A DNA stretch of 40,876 nucleotides from Candidatus Dormiibacterota bacterium (GCA_003170875.1 PMYJ01000035.1:1-40876), one strand, 5' to 3'. Positions 10,083 through 18,916 are shown, counted from the stretch's first letter. The notes: generated by a model from the sequence alone, not told the origin. A program made the numbers and translations.

Positions 10083-10304
10083 GTGTTCTCCCGTCATCAG
10101 CGCCTGTGGCTGTGGCTGCTGTTCCTCTTGCTGTGCTTCCTGGGGTGGGGGATTCATCGCTTGGTGCCGCCTGTCTGGGTCGTGATCGAGGGCGTGGGCA
10201 TCTACGCGCTCGTGCTGTGCGTCATCTACTGCATCTTCAAGGCGGTGAGGATGCAGGTGCGCTTCATGCGCAACCGCCGCCGTCGCGGGGTGCCAGCGCG
10301 CTGA
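10083..10304 (+). CDS. Small hypothetical membrane protein (2 TM, basic C-tail)
   Basis: Two hydrophobic segments, GC3-rich codons; TAAAAT at 10070-10075 lies 7 nt before GTG 10083 (ATG 10074 is an alternative start). Confidence 0.6.
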   Translation: MFSRHQRLWLWLLFLLLCFLGWGIHRLVPPVWVVIEGVGIYALVLCVIYCIFKAVRMQVRFMRNRRRRGVPAR

Positions 10305-10360
10305 ACTGGCGGCTCGGGCGCCTCCGGACATACCCTCGGCCGGATGGTAGGCGCGGGCAG

Positions 10361-10426
10361 GGGCCACTCGGCCCTCTCCCTCCGCGGACCGATGCCCCTG
10401 GCATCCCCAGGCCAGGGGTCCAACGT
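10361..10426 (+). promoter_or_regulatory. DosR-like tandem boxes and -10 upstream of the CBS-BON gene
   Basis: GGGCC-actc-GGCCC 10361-10374; CGGAC-cgat-GCCCC 10385-10398; CAACGT 10421-10426. Confidence 0.45.
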
Positions 10427-10474
10427 AGAGGTCGACGGCTGGAGTGAAGCTCTGCACCGCCAGGAGGTGTGGAC

Positions 10475-11263
10475 ATGAGCGGAAACAGCGTGGGAATGGT
10501 GGTCACCGCCTTCGTGGCGGGATCGACACCTCGGGGTGAGGAGGCACCGGGCTCGTATGGGCACGGGAGCAGAGAGGCGAAGGAGTGGACGGTCCGCGAC
10601 GTGATGTCGTCGCCGGTCGTGCACATCCCTCCGAACGCACCGGTCAAGGCGGTCGCCGAGCTGCTGCTGTCGGAGCGGGTCAGCGGCGTCCCGGTCGTCG
10701 ACGCCCATGGGCACCTGCTGGGGGTCGTCTCCGAGGAGGACCTACTCGCCAAGCAGATCGACCTGCCCGCCAGCGCGCACGTGCCCTGGCTCAGTGGTGG
10801 CCACTTGTCGCACGAGTTCCGCCGCCGCCGTGAGGCGCTGACGGCGGAGGGGCTGATGAGCACCCCGGTGACCTGCGTGCACCCGGACACCACCCTGCGG
10901 CAGGCCGCCAAGACCATGTACCTGCGCCACCTCAAGCGCCTTCCGGTCGTGGACGGCGGCTCGCTGGTCGGGATGGTCAGCCGCGCCGACCTGCTCCGCG
11001 TCTACCTCCTGCCCGACGAGCACCTGCGGCGAGACGCGGAGCACATGCTCCACGGGACCCTGGCCATGGGCGCCGCAGCGGTGTCCGTCACCGTGCACGA
11101 GGGCGTGGTCACGCTGGAGGGCGAGGTGGCCACCCACAGCGAGGCCGACGTGCTCGTGCGCCTCCTGGGCCGGCTCGACGGTGTGGTGGCGGTCGAGGCG
11201 CGGCTCACGTGGCGCATCGACGACCACGCCGCTCCCCAGGGGAAGCACGCGGCTCACACCTGA
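10475..11263 (+). CDS. CBS-domain pair plus C-terminal BON domain protein
   Basis: VRDVMSSPV, SGVPVVD..G.LLGVVSEEDL, second CBS KRLPVVD, BON VTVHEGVVTLEGEV; AGGAGG 7 nt before ATG 10475. Confidence 0.9.
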   Translation: MSGNSVGMVVTAFVAGSTPRGEEAPGSYGHGSREAKEWTVRDVMSSPVVHIPPNAPVKAVAELLLSERVSGVPVVDAHGHLLGVVSEEDLLAKQIDLPASAHVPWLSGGHLSHEFRRRREALTAEGLMSTPVTCVHPDTTLRQAAKTMYLRHLKRLPVVDGGSLVGMVSRADLLRVYLLPDEHLRRDAEHMLHGTLAMGAAAVSVTVHEGVVTLEGEVATHSEADVLVRLLGRLDGVVAVEARLTWRIDDHAAPQGKHAAHT

Positions 11264-11436
11264 CTCGGTCGCCGCCCAGGGCAGGAGCGCGGCTCGCACC
11301 TGACCCCTCCGGTGCCCCCGCACCGCGGGCCCCGGCCGGACCGTACACTTGTGCGTCGATGATCGGCCCCTACCAGACGCGACGGAGTGAGGTGCAGAAG
11401 CCGCAGGCTTCGGCGCCGAGCGTAGGACCGTCTGGT

Positions 11437-13053
11437 ATGCCGAGCGCATACCACCTCGAGACCCTCGACGACGGCGATCGGGCTCAGCTCGAGCCGTGGG
11501 TGAGCAACCTGGACTCCCCCGTATTCGCCCTGAATGGTCTCTCCCAGGTGACCGCGGCGGCGCTCTTCGCGCGCTACAGCCGGAGCCCCAAGAGCCTGCG
11601 CCGGCTCCTCCTCGACGAGTTCCTGAAGGGGGATGCGGTCGTCCCGGAGCTGGCGGCCCCGGCTCGGGACGATGCGGGCAGGGCGCGGGCGGGGCGCCTC
11701 TTCGGGCGCGTCATCGCCGAGTACGGGGACGATTCGGTCGCCCAGCTAGGTGGCATCCACCTGGCCTGCGAACAGGTCAGCCAGCCCCTGGCCAAGGCGA
11801 TCGAATGGGGCCGCCTCGCCGCCTACCTCGAGCAGTCGACCCGCTACATCCCCTACACCGACCTCCGCGATGGGCATTACCGCTACCACCGTGACCCGGA
11901 GCTGATGGGGTCGGCTCACGCCGCCACGTACCTTGCAGCCATGGACGGGCTCTTCGACGCCTATGTGGAGATGCTCCCCCTGCTGCGCGCGCATCTCGCT
12001 CAGACCCTGCCCGAGGAGGCCGACGCCAAGGCGCGCGATCGGGCGATCCGGGCGCTGTCCCTCGACCTCCTCCGCGGCCTGCTGCCCGCGGGCACGGTGA
12101 GCAACCTCGGGGTGTACGCCTCGCCCCAGGCGCTGGAGCAGCTGGTGATGCGGCTGCGAGCCCACCCTCTCCCCGAGGCGCGCGCCTACGCCGAGCTGAT
12201 CGACCGCGAGCTGCAGGCGACCATCCCCGAGATGGTCACCCGGCTCGATCGCCCGGACCGGGGTGGGGTCTGGGTGGAGTACCTGCGCGAGACCGCATTG
12301 GCCCTGGAGGCGGAGGGGGAGAGGCTGACCGGTGCCGGCGGGCTCCAGAAGGACCTTCCCGACGTCGAGATCCCATCCGCGGGCTCGGTCGCCCTGCTGC
12401 GCTGGGACCCGGACGGCGAGGAGCGGATCATGGCCGCGGCCCTGCTGCCGCACACCTCGGCCGGGCTCGAGGAGGTGGTGGCCGCGGTGCACGCGCTCCC
12501 CGAGGCAGAGCGGGACCGCCTCTTCGCCGCCGCGCTCGGGGTTCGGGGCAATCGGCGGCACCGGCCCGGCAGGGGCTTCGAGCACACCGATTACACATTC
12601 GAGCTGGTGTCGGACTTCGGGGCGTTCCGCGATCTCCAGCGCCATCGGATGCTGACCATCCAGTGGCAGGAGCTGACCCCCGCGCTGGGCTATGCCATCC
12701 CGCCCGAGGTGGTCGCCGCCGGGCTGGAGGGGCGGTGGCGAGAGGCGGTGGAGCGGGCCGAGGCGGCCTGGGTGGAGATCCGCCCCGAGCTGCCCGAGCA
12801 GGCCCAGTACCTGGTCACCCTGGCCCACCGGGTCCGCTACGTGATCAAGCTCAACGCCCGCGAGGCGCTCCACCTGATCGAGTTGCGCACCTCGCCCCAG
12901 GGGCATCCCAGCTACCGCCGGATCTGCCAGGAGATGCTCCAGCAGATCGACGCCGTGGCCGGCCACCACCGGGTGGTCCGGGCGATGAGCTTCGCCGGGC
13001 GCGAGGACGTCCACCTGCCCCGCTACGCGGCCGAGGTGGGCCGGGGCGACTGA
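11437..13053 (+). CDS. thyX: FAD-dependent thymidylate synthase, tandem-domain type
   Basis: FARYSRS, YGDDSVAQL, EQSTRY (domain 1); RDLQRHR, ELRTSPQGHPSYR (domain 2). Start uncertain (11437 or 11359). Confidence 0.87.
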   Translation: MPSAYHLETLDDGDRAQLEPWVSNLDSPVFALNGLSQVTAAALFARYSRSPKSLRRLLLDEFLKGDAVVPELAAPARDDAGRARAGRLFGRVIAEYGDDSVAQLGGIHLACEQVSQPLAKAIEWGRLAAYLEQSTRYIPYTDLRDGHYRYHRDPELMGSAHAATYLAAMDGLFDAYVEMLPLLRAHLAQTLPEEADAKARDRAIRALSLDLLRGLLPAGTVSNLGVYASPQALEQLVMRLRAHPLPEARAYAELIDRELQATIPEMVTRLDRPDRGGVWVEYLRETALALEAEGERLTGAGGLQKDLPDVEIPSAGSVALLRWDPDGEERIMAAALLPHTSAGLEEVVAAVHALPEAERDRLFAAALGVRGNRRHRPGRGFEHTDYTFELVSDFGAFRDLQRHRMLTIQWQELTPALGYAIPPEVVAAGLEGRWREAVERAEAAWVEIRPELPEQAQYLVTLAHRVRYVIKLNAREALHLIELRTSPQGHPSYRRICQEMLQQIDAVAGHHRVVRAMSFAGREDVHLPRYAAEVGRGD

Positions 13054-13200
13054 GCCGATTGGACCTGTCTGGGGCTACGTCAGGGTCCAAGGACCCATAC
13101 GATCCGGGAACTCAAGCCCATCTCCGGGCGGGCAGTGTCGTATGATTCCTATCGAACCACCGCCGGAGGGCGGGGCAGCCGACGTCAGAGGGACCCAGCA

Positions 13201-13563
13201 ATGATCAGCGTCTCTGAAGCAGCCGTCGGGCAGCTCAAGGAGCTCATCCCCCAGGAGCCGAAGGCAAAGGTCGGCCTGCGCGTATTCATCCAGTCGGGCG
13301 GCTGCAGTGGTTTCTCGTACGGGATGGGCCTGGACGACAACCCGCCCCGCGAGGACGACCAGGTGGTCACTGTCAGCGGGCTCAACGTCTACATCGACGA
13401 GTACTCCGCCCAGTACCTGGAGGGGGCCGAGATCGACTACGCCGACGCCCTCATGGGTGGCGGCTTCACGATCCACAACCCCAACGCGGTTCGGACCTGC
13501 GGCTGCGGCCACAGCTTCCAGACCGCCGACGGAGCCGGCGAGGCCCGCGCCTGCGGGCACTGA
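13201..13563 (+). CDS. A-type Fe-S carrier protein (IscA/ErpA/HesB family)
   Basis: GGCSGFSY and NPNAVRTCGCGHSF motifs. Confidence 0.95.
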   Translation: MISVSEAAVGQLKELIPQEPKAKVGLRVFIQSGGCSGFSYGMGLDDNPPREDDQVVTVSGLNVYIDEYSAQYLEGAEIDYADALMGGGFTIHNPNAVRTCGCGHSFQTADGAGEARACGH

Positions 13564-13633
13564 GCCCAACTCGCCGGCTCCGCCCGGCCGCCGCGGGGGG
13601 CGGTGGCTGGGCGCGGTATCCTGTGCCCGCGAC

Positions 13634-13709
13634 GCGGGAGTAGCTCAGTTGGTAGAGCGCTAGCCTTCCAAGCTGGATGTCGCGAGTTCGAGTCTCGTCT
13701 CCCGCTCCA
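13634..13709 (+). tRNA. tRNA-Gly (anticodon TCC)
   Basis: 76 nt; GCGGGAG/CTCCCGC acceptor stem, TAGCTCAGTTGGTAGAGC D-arm, CTTCCAA anticodon loop, GTTCGAG T-loop, encoded CCA. Confidence 0.97.
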
Positions 13710-13874
13710 CGACCTCTGGTGGTGACCACGGGTCAGCGGACACCAGAGGATTGCGGTCGGCGGCCCGCGGAACTGGCTCTCGTCACTTCTCGCGATGAGG
13801 TGACTCTGCGCGTACTCCTCAGCCTCGAGGCCGTCTAACTCTGTGAGCACGTCGCACTGACACGCCACGGTCAC
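13710..13874 (-). pseudogene. Truncated small protein, possibly Imm27-like immunity protein N-terminus
   Basis: CQCDVLTELDGLEAEEYAQSHL...WCPLT reads as real protein, then the frame runs into the antisense tRNA. Family is recalled resemblance only. Confidence 0.3.
13713..13749. repeat. Inverted repeat (hairpin) immediately 3' of the tRNA
   Basis: CCTCTGGTG...CACCAGAGG with inner TGACC/GGTCA stem; no U-tract. Confidence 0.5.
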
Positions 13875-13914
13875 GGGTAATCAGACGCCCACTTCCCGTC
13901 GGGTAGGCGTCTTG

Positions 13915-14253
13915 TTAGGGGTCGTGCGCCGGTGCCCGGAGGGCGTGTTGGCGTGTCGATAGAATGCGGCGCGGCACCACGCGACGTGGCGTGCGCCGAG
14001 CCGGCTTCCTTGGGCGGAGAGGCCGGGCCCGAAGGCGCTCGACATCCTTCTCGAGTAGGCTCTTGATGAGGGTCTGGTAGCCGATGCCGACCTCATCAGC
14101 CACTTGTCTCAAGGTGGTCAGCAGCTCTTCTGGGAACCGAATCGAGATCGCTTGCTGGCGTTCCCGATGGGTCGCCAGGAGTCCTGAGGAGCGACGATCG
14201 AGCTCGTCGTCGGACGTGCCTTCGTAGGGGTCGGGGAATCGCCTTGTGGTCAT
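13915..14253 (-). CDS. CopG/BrnA-like ribbon-helix-helix antitoxin (orphan)
   Basis: ISIRFPEELLTTLRQVADEVGIGYQTLIKSLL; GGAGG RBS before ATG. Confidence 0.75.
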   Translation of the reverse strand: MTTRRFPDPYEGTSDDELDRRSSGLLATHRERQQAISIRFPEELLTTLRQVADEVGIGYQTLIKSLLEKDVERLRARPLRPRKPARRTPRRVVPRRILSTRQHALRAPAHDP

Positions 14254-14339
14254 CGCAGAAGCCTCCGCTCACGTCTGCCCGCCCAGTGAGCACGACTGTA
14301 CGGGGACCAGGCGAGTGCAGCACGATCTTGTGCTATCGG

Positions 14340-15101
14340 TCACTTCGCTGTGAACCCGCCGTCCAGCACCAGACAGCTACCGACGGCGAAGCTGCTCTCG
14401 TCGGACGCCAGGAACAACGCGCCGAAGGCGATCTCCCGGGCGTCAGCGATGCGCGCGATCGGTGCCCAGCTCGCCTGTTCCTGCGCGGTCTTGGCGGGAT
14501 CCAGGCTGTTGTCAACCTCCGCCTGTAGGAGTGGCGTCCTGGTGATACCCGGGCACAGGGCATTGACACGGATCCCATAACGAATGAGGTCCAGCGCAAT
14601 TGCCTTCGTGAACATGATCACCGCCCCTTTGCTCGCGTTGTAGGCAGGGGACTCTGGAACGGCGACAATGCCCATCTCGGAACCCAGCGTGATGATCGAG
14701 CCACCGCGATCCTTCATGAGCGGGACCGCAGCCTTGACCATCATGTACATGCCCTTGACGTTGGTCCCAAGCACGCGATCCCACTCATCCTCGTTCAGGC
14801 CCTCAATGGGCATGACGCTGGTGATTCCGGCGTTGCAGACCAGCACATCGAGCCCGCCAAAGCGCTCAATCGCCGTGTTGACCAGCAACTGCGCGCCGTC
14901 GACGAGCCTGACATCGGCGTGAACGAAGGCCACGCCGGCCCCGCCCAGGGTGGGGTCTGCGGCGGCCGTTGAGAGCGCTCGGTCATCGATGTCTCCGACG
15001 ACGACGCGGGCTCCCTCCTCCGCGAACAGGGCGGCGATCGCCCGCCCGATGCCGGACGCACCTCCGGTGACGATCGCGGATTTGCCCTCTAACCTCTTCA
15101 C
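14340..15101 (-). CDS. SDR family NAD(P)-dependent oxidoreductase
   Basis: TGGASGIG, CNAG, YNASK, IRVNALCPG, DGG; GTG start with GGAGAG RBS. Confidence 0.93.
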   Translation of the reverse strand: MKRLEGKSAIVTGGASGIGRAIAALFAEEGARVVVGDIDDRALSTAAADPTLGGAGVAFVHADVRLVDGAQLLVNTAIERFGGLDVLVCNAGITSVMPIEGLNEDEWDRVLGTNVKGMYMMVKAAVPLMKDRGGSIITLGSEMGIVAVPESPAYNASKGAVIMFTKAIALDLIRYGIRVNALCPGITRTPLLQAEVDNSLDPAKTAQEQASWAPIARIADAREIAFGALFLASDESSFAVGSCLVLDGGFTAK

Positions 15102-15402
15102 GTACGCTCTCCAACTTCCAGCGCCTGGTTCAGCTCGGAGTCTGGCATGCTCAGTCCGCCGCCCCAAGGGCGGTGCCTGCGGCGAAGGGCGGCTCCTCGA
15201 GCCGCCCGCCCGGGGACCGAGGTGGTCTTCGACGACATGGCGGGGTGAGCCACCCGAGGCCTCGGCGCTGGCCCTGCCATGCCAGACCGAGGTTGGGGGT
15301 GCCCCCCGATCCCGGGCGGCTCACCCCGGTGCAGGCCATGCTCCGGCGGGGGCAATCAGCGGGTCGTATAGGCCGTTTGGCACACAATTACTCGGGACTT
15401 AA

Positions 15403-15549
15403 GGGCTGCTGATCGGGGTGGGCATCCTGGTGGTGCTCAAGCTGCGCGGCAGGGAGGACTGGCTGCAACGAGCCGGTGACGTGATCGAGGAGCGTATCGA
15501 CCCGGCGGTGGAGGTGGGGCCAGCCGCGGGCTCACCGGCTGCGAGCTGA
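15403..15549 (+). pseudogene. 3' remnant of an APC amino-acid permease
   Basis: Startless frame GLLIGVGILVVLKLRGREDWLQRAGDVIEERID...* resembles the C-terminus of the 28101-29558 permease (LHFTGRGDWMRKAELAMEEE). Confidence 0.6.
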
Positions 15550-15615
15550 CTGGAGGAGAGACAAGGAGGCAGCTGGAGAGGGTTCCCGATCGTTCCCTAC
15601 ATGCGCGACCCCGAG

Positions 15616-16362
15616 TCAGGGCTGGCGACCGTCGAAACCATCCTCAATCCTGTCGACAACATCGCCGAGAAACCTGGCGGCGTACGCGCCGTCGACGACG
15701 CGGTGGTCGAAGCTGAGTGATAGGGTCGCCGGCCGGCCGAGCGCCGGCAGCGCCCGGAAGGCACCGATCCCCAGTACCCCCGTTTGCGGCGGCGTGATGA
15801 TCGGCGTGAACCCATCGATTCCGAGGGCGCCGAGATTGGTGATCGTGAAGGTCGCGCCTTCCACATCCGCAGCTTCGGATCGACCGGCCCGGGCACGCTC
15901 CACCATCGCCTGGAAGACGTCAGCGAGCTCCACCTCCGATCGTCTATCGGCTTCGCGGAGGACCACGATCGTCAACCCCTGAGTGGTCTCGACCGCCACT
16001 GCCACGTTGCGTTCTGGATGAACCAGGACGGCGGGGGGGTTCTCCATCCAGGATCCGTTCAAGAGCTCGTACGTGACGAGGCTACGCGCCACGGCGCCCG
16101 CGACGAGTGCATCGACGCTCGGTAGGGGATCCATGGCCCGGCGGCGCTCCAGCAACCTTGCGAACCGCACCTCACGATGAAGGGTGACAGCCGGAATCGT
16201 CAATGCCGCCTGGGTCATTCGCCGAGCGACGACTCGTCGGATGAGCGTGAGCGGTCGCACGTCCTGTGAGCCAGGGATGCCTGCCGGATACCGGGTGGCG
16301 GGATCGCCTTCGGTGTCCGTGACCCCTGAATCTCCGCCCGCGCCGTCCGAGCCAGAACCCAT
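15616..16362 (-). CDS. 2-oxoacid dehydrogenase E2 acyltransferase catalytic domain (stand-alone)
   Basis: ATFTITNLG, FTPIITPPQ, LSFDHRVVDGA; no lipoyl or E3-binding domain. Confidence 0.88.
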   Translation of the reverse strand: MGSGSDGAGGDSGVTDTEGDPATRYPAGIPGSQDVRPLTLIRRVVARRMTQAALTIPAVTLHREVRFARLLERRRAMDPLPSVDALVAGAVARSLVTYELLNGSWMENPPAVLVHPERNVAVAVETTQGLTIVVLREADRRSEVELADVFQAMVERARAGRSEAADVEGATFTITNLGALGIDGFTPIITPPQTGVLGIGAFRALPALGRPATLSLSFDHRVVDGAYAARFLGDVVDRIEDGFDGRQP

Positions 16363-16617
16363 TCAGTCGATCTCCTCGCCTGCTGTGGCGATGGTCCCGA
16401 TGACCGACAAGATTGCCGTCTCGGTGCCACCCGGCACGACAATCTTTCGAAGAATACCGTCCGCCGGCGATTCGACATCGAGCGAGATCTTCTCGGTCTC
16501 GACATGGACGAGCGGCTCCCCCTTGTGCACAGGGTCTCCCTCCTTCTTGAGCCACTCCACCACCAGGCCGACCTCCAGGTCCTGGCCTCCCTGCGGCATC
16601 ACGACGTTAACCAGCAT
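16363..16617 (-). CDS. Stand-alone lipoyl-domain protein
   Basis: MPQ...VVEWLKKEGDPV..GEPL..VETEK...VESPADG; lipoyl Lys in ETEK. Confidence 0.88.
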   Translation of the reverse strand: MLVNVVMPQGGQDLEVGLVVEWLKKEGDPVHKGEPLVHVETEKISLDVESPADGILRKIVVPGGTETAILSVIGTIATAGEEID

Positions 16618-16673
16618 TTCGGAACCCCTAGCTCACATCAGCAGACGACGTCGACGGGTCGCGATCGAGGCAC

Positions 16674-17666
16674 TCATCTCACCGGGATTGACGCGCCCAT
16701 CGAAGCCTCGATCCCAGCGACGATTTCGTCCACGGACGGAACGGCGGCACGCTGCAGCGACGTGTTGTACGGGATCGGGGTGTTCTTGCCGCAGACGCGG
16801 ATGATGGGGCCGGCGAGACTGTCGAACGCCTGCTCGACCACCGTCGCTGCGATATCACCCCCAATCCCACCCCGCTTGACCGCTTCGTGGACCACCACCA
16901 AACGGTGCGTGCGGCGAACCGACTCGATGATGGTGTCGGTGTCCATTGGCACCAAGCTGCGAAGGTCGATGATCTCGGCACTGATCCCGCGCTCGGCCAG
17001 GCGATCGGCTGCCTCCAGGCAACGGAGGGTCATCAACGAATAGGTGACGACGGTCACGTCGGTGCCGGCACGCTTCACGTCGGCGTGGCCCAGCGGGATC
17101 ACATAGTCCTCGTCAGGAACCTCGCCTTCGGTCATGTAGAGCAGCTTGTGTTCGATGAACATGACCGGATCGTCGTCGCGGATCGAAGCCTTGAGCAGAC
17201 CCTTGGCGTCGTACGGGGTGGACGGCATCACGACCTTCAACCCCGGCACGTGGTAGAAGAGCCCCTCGAGGCTCTGCGAGTGCTGCGCGGCGAGTGCCTC
17301 GCCCGCACCGCCCTGGGTTCTGATCACGAGCGGAACCCGACCCTGGCCGCCCGACATGAACCGGTACTTCGCCGCCTGGTTCACGATCTGGTCCATGGCC
17401 AGCATGACGAAGTCGACAAAGAGGATCTCCACCACCGGTCGAGCACCTGCGATGGCTGCCCCCGCCCCGAGACCGGTGAAGCCGGCTTCGGCGAGCGGTG
17501 TGTCAATCACTCGAGTCGGCCCGAACCGCTTCAGAAGGCCTTCCGTTACCCGAAAGGAGCCCCCCCGCTCGGCGATCCCTTCGCCAATGCAGAAGACAAG
17601 GGGGTCGCGTTCCATCTCTTCGGTGAGCGCAATCCGCAGGGCGTCCCGATATTTGATCTTCGCCAC
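16674..17666 (-). CDS. TPP-dependent dehydrogenase E1 beta subunit (acetoin/pyruvate DH-like)
   Basis: DTPLAEAG, RPVVEI.F.DF..LAMDQIVNQAAK, AQHSQS, IEHKLLY, IDLRSL.P.D. Confidence 0.93.
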   Translation of the reverse strand: MAKIKYRDALRIALTEEMERDPLVFCIGEGIAERGGSFRVTEGLLKRFGPTRVIDTPLAEAGFTGLGAGAAIAGARPVVEILFVDFVMLAMDQIVNQAAKYRFMSGGQGRVPLVIRTQGGAGEALAAQHSQSLEGLFYHVPGLKVVMPSTPYDAKGLLKASIRDDDPVMFIEHKLLYMTEGEVPDEDYVIPLGHADVKRAGTDVTVVTYSLMTLRCLEAADRLAERGISAEIIDLRSLVPMDTDTIIESVRRTHRLVVVHEAVKRGGIGGDIAATVVEQAFDSLAGPIIRVCGKNTPIPYNTSLQRAAVPSVDEIVAGIEASMGASIPVR

Positions 17667-17723
17667 TCGCTTTTCCTCAGTTCCTCGTCAGCGTCCAGTT
17701 TGGAAGGGGTCGATCCAGACCGG

Positions 17724-18683
17724 TCATGCGGCCGAGATCTCTGCCAGGAAGTCGGCCACGGCTGGCTCCGGGCTGTCGATCGCGAACTGGACGGCCTCGT
17801 CCATCAGCACCTCGATTCGCTGATCGATCTGCGCGATCTCGGCTTCAGCCACGCCAGCGTCGACCAGGTGCTGCCGCAATATGCCCACCGGGTCTCGGGC
17901 GCGCCACCGCTCCAGCTCGTCCTTTGGCATGTAGAGACCGGGGTCATTGACGTGATGGCCGCCCTGCCGGTAGGTCTTGCATTCGATGAGGGTCGGACCC
18001 TCTCCCGCCCGTGCTCGCTGGAGCGGCTTCTCCATCGCCGCACGCACAACGAGGGCATCGTTGCCGTCAACGGTCACACCAGGCATGCCGTATCCGGCCG
18101 CGCGCTCGGAGAGGTTCTCGACCAGGGCGGTATCACGGATAGGCGTCGATACGGCGTAGTTGTTGTTCTCCAGGACGAAGATCACCGGCAGGTGGTAGAT
18201 CGCCGCAAGGTTGAAGGATTCGTGGAGGGCCCCATTGGCTGCGGCACCATCGCTGCAGAACGACACGACCACATCCGAATCACCGCGCAGGTGAATGGCA
18301 AAAGCGGCACCGACCGCGAGCGGCATCCCGCCCGCCACGACACCGTTGGCTCCGAGATTGCGCAAGGCCAGGCTCGAGACATGCATGGACCCGCCCCGGC
18401 CCCGGCAGTATCCGGTGGCCTTTCCGAGAAGCTCCGCCATCATCAGGCGTGGCTCGTGGCCCTTGGCGATGGCATGACCGTGCCCGCGATGGGTGCTGAC
18501 GATGTAGTCCGATGGCCGCAGCGCAGCCACGGCGCCGACCGCGACGGCTTCCTCACCGAGGTAGGGGTGGAGGTAGCCGCGGATATTGCCGAGGCGATAC
18601 TGCTCGATGGCGCGCTGCTCGAACCGCCTGATCGTGAGCGCGGTTTCATACATTGCTGCGATCGACGCGGTTTCGACCGGCAT
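17724..18683 (-). CDS. TPP-dependent dehydrogenase E1 alpha subunit
   Basis: GYLHPYLGEEA, STHRGHGH, GRGGSMH, SDGA...ENN TPP motif, TYR..GH; AAGGGGAG RBS favours ATG 18683. Confidence 0.93.
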   Translation of the reverse strand: MPVETASIAAMYETALTIRRFEQRAIEQYRLGNIRGYLHPYLGEEAVAVGAVAALRPSDYIVSTHRGHGHAIAKGHEPRLMMAELLGKATGYCRGRGGSMHVSSLALRNLGANGVVAGGMPLAVGAAFAIHLRGDSDVVVSFCSDGAAANGALHESFNLAAIYHLPVIFVLENNNYAVSTPIRDTALVENLSERAAGYGMPGVTVDGNDALVVRAAMEKPLQRARAGEGPTLIECKTYRQGGHHVNDPGLYMPKDELERWRARDPVGILRQHLVDAGVAEAEIAQIDQRIEVLMDEAVQFAIDSPEPAVADFLAEISAA

Positions 18684-18737
18684 CTGCAACTCCCCTTCGG
18701 CGTCCAGGCTTGCGGATTCGATTGTGGCAACCTTCAG

Positions 18738-18779
18738 GCTGTTTTAGCGAATTATGCCGAAACAGCTCGCCGAGGTCAA
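18738..18779 (-). promoter_or_regulatory. sigma70-type promoter of the E1 operon with overlapping inverted-repeat operator
   Basis: Minus strand TTGACC-N17-CATAAT (18779-18751); GCTGTTT-N15-AAACAGC (18738-18766) spans the -10. Confidence 0.65.
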
Positions 18780-18916
18780 GCTTCCCGATGGCATGGCCCG
18801 CCGCGACAGGCTATAGGAGGGGGCAGGTGAGGAGCTCCCTCCAAACGCCCTCAACCCATCGAACCGACCATCGGTTGGACGGAGCGGATCCGGTTGGATG
18901 GAGCACCCCAACCGGC

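Noticed and set aside
13880-13920. Integron attC site after the antitoxin (CCCTAAC plus AGACGCC/GGCGTCT hairpin)
   Set aside because: No matching GTTRRRY R' box and no integrase; more likely a simple terminator-like hairpin.
15170-15402. Possible IS end or structured RNA before the permease relic (GCACACAATTACTCGGGACTT)
   Set aside because: No transposase, partner inverted repeat or recognisable RNA family.
16360-16365. Selenocysteine readthrough of the in-frame TGA in E2
   Set aside because: The position is a linker, not a catalytic Cys site; no convincing SECIS; an SD precedes the next ATG.
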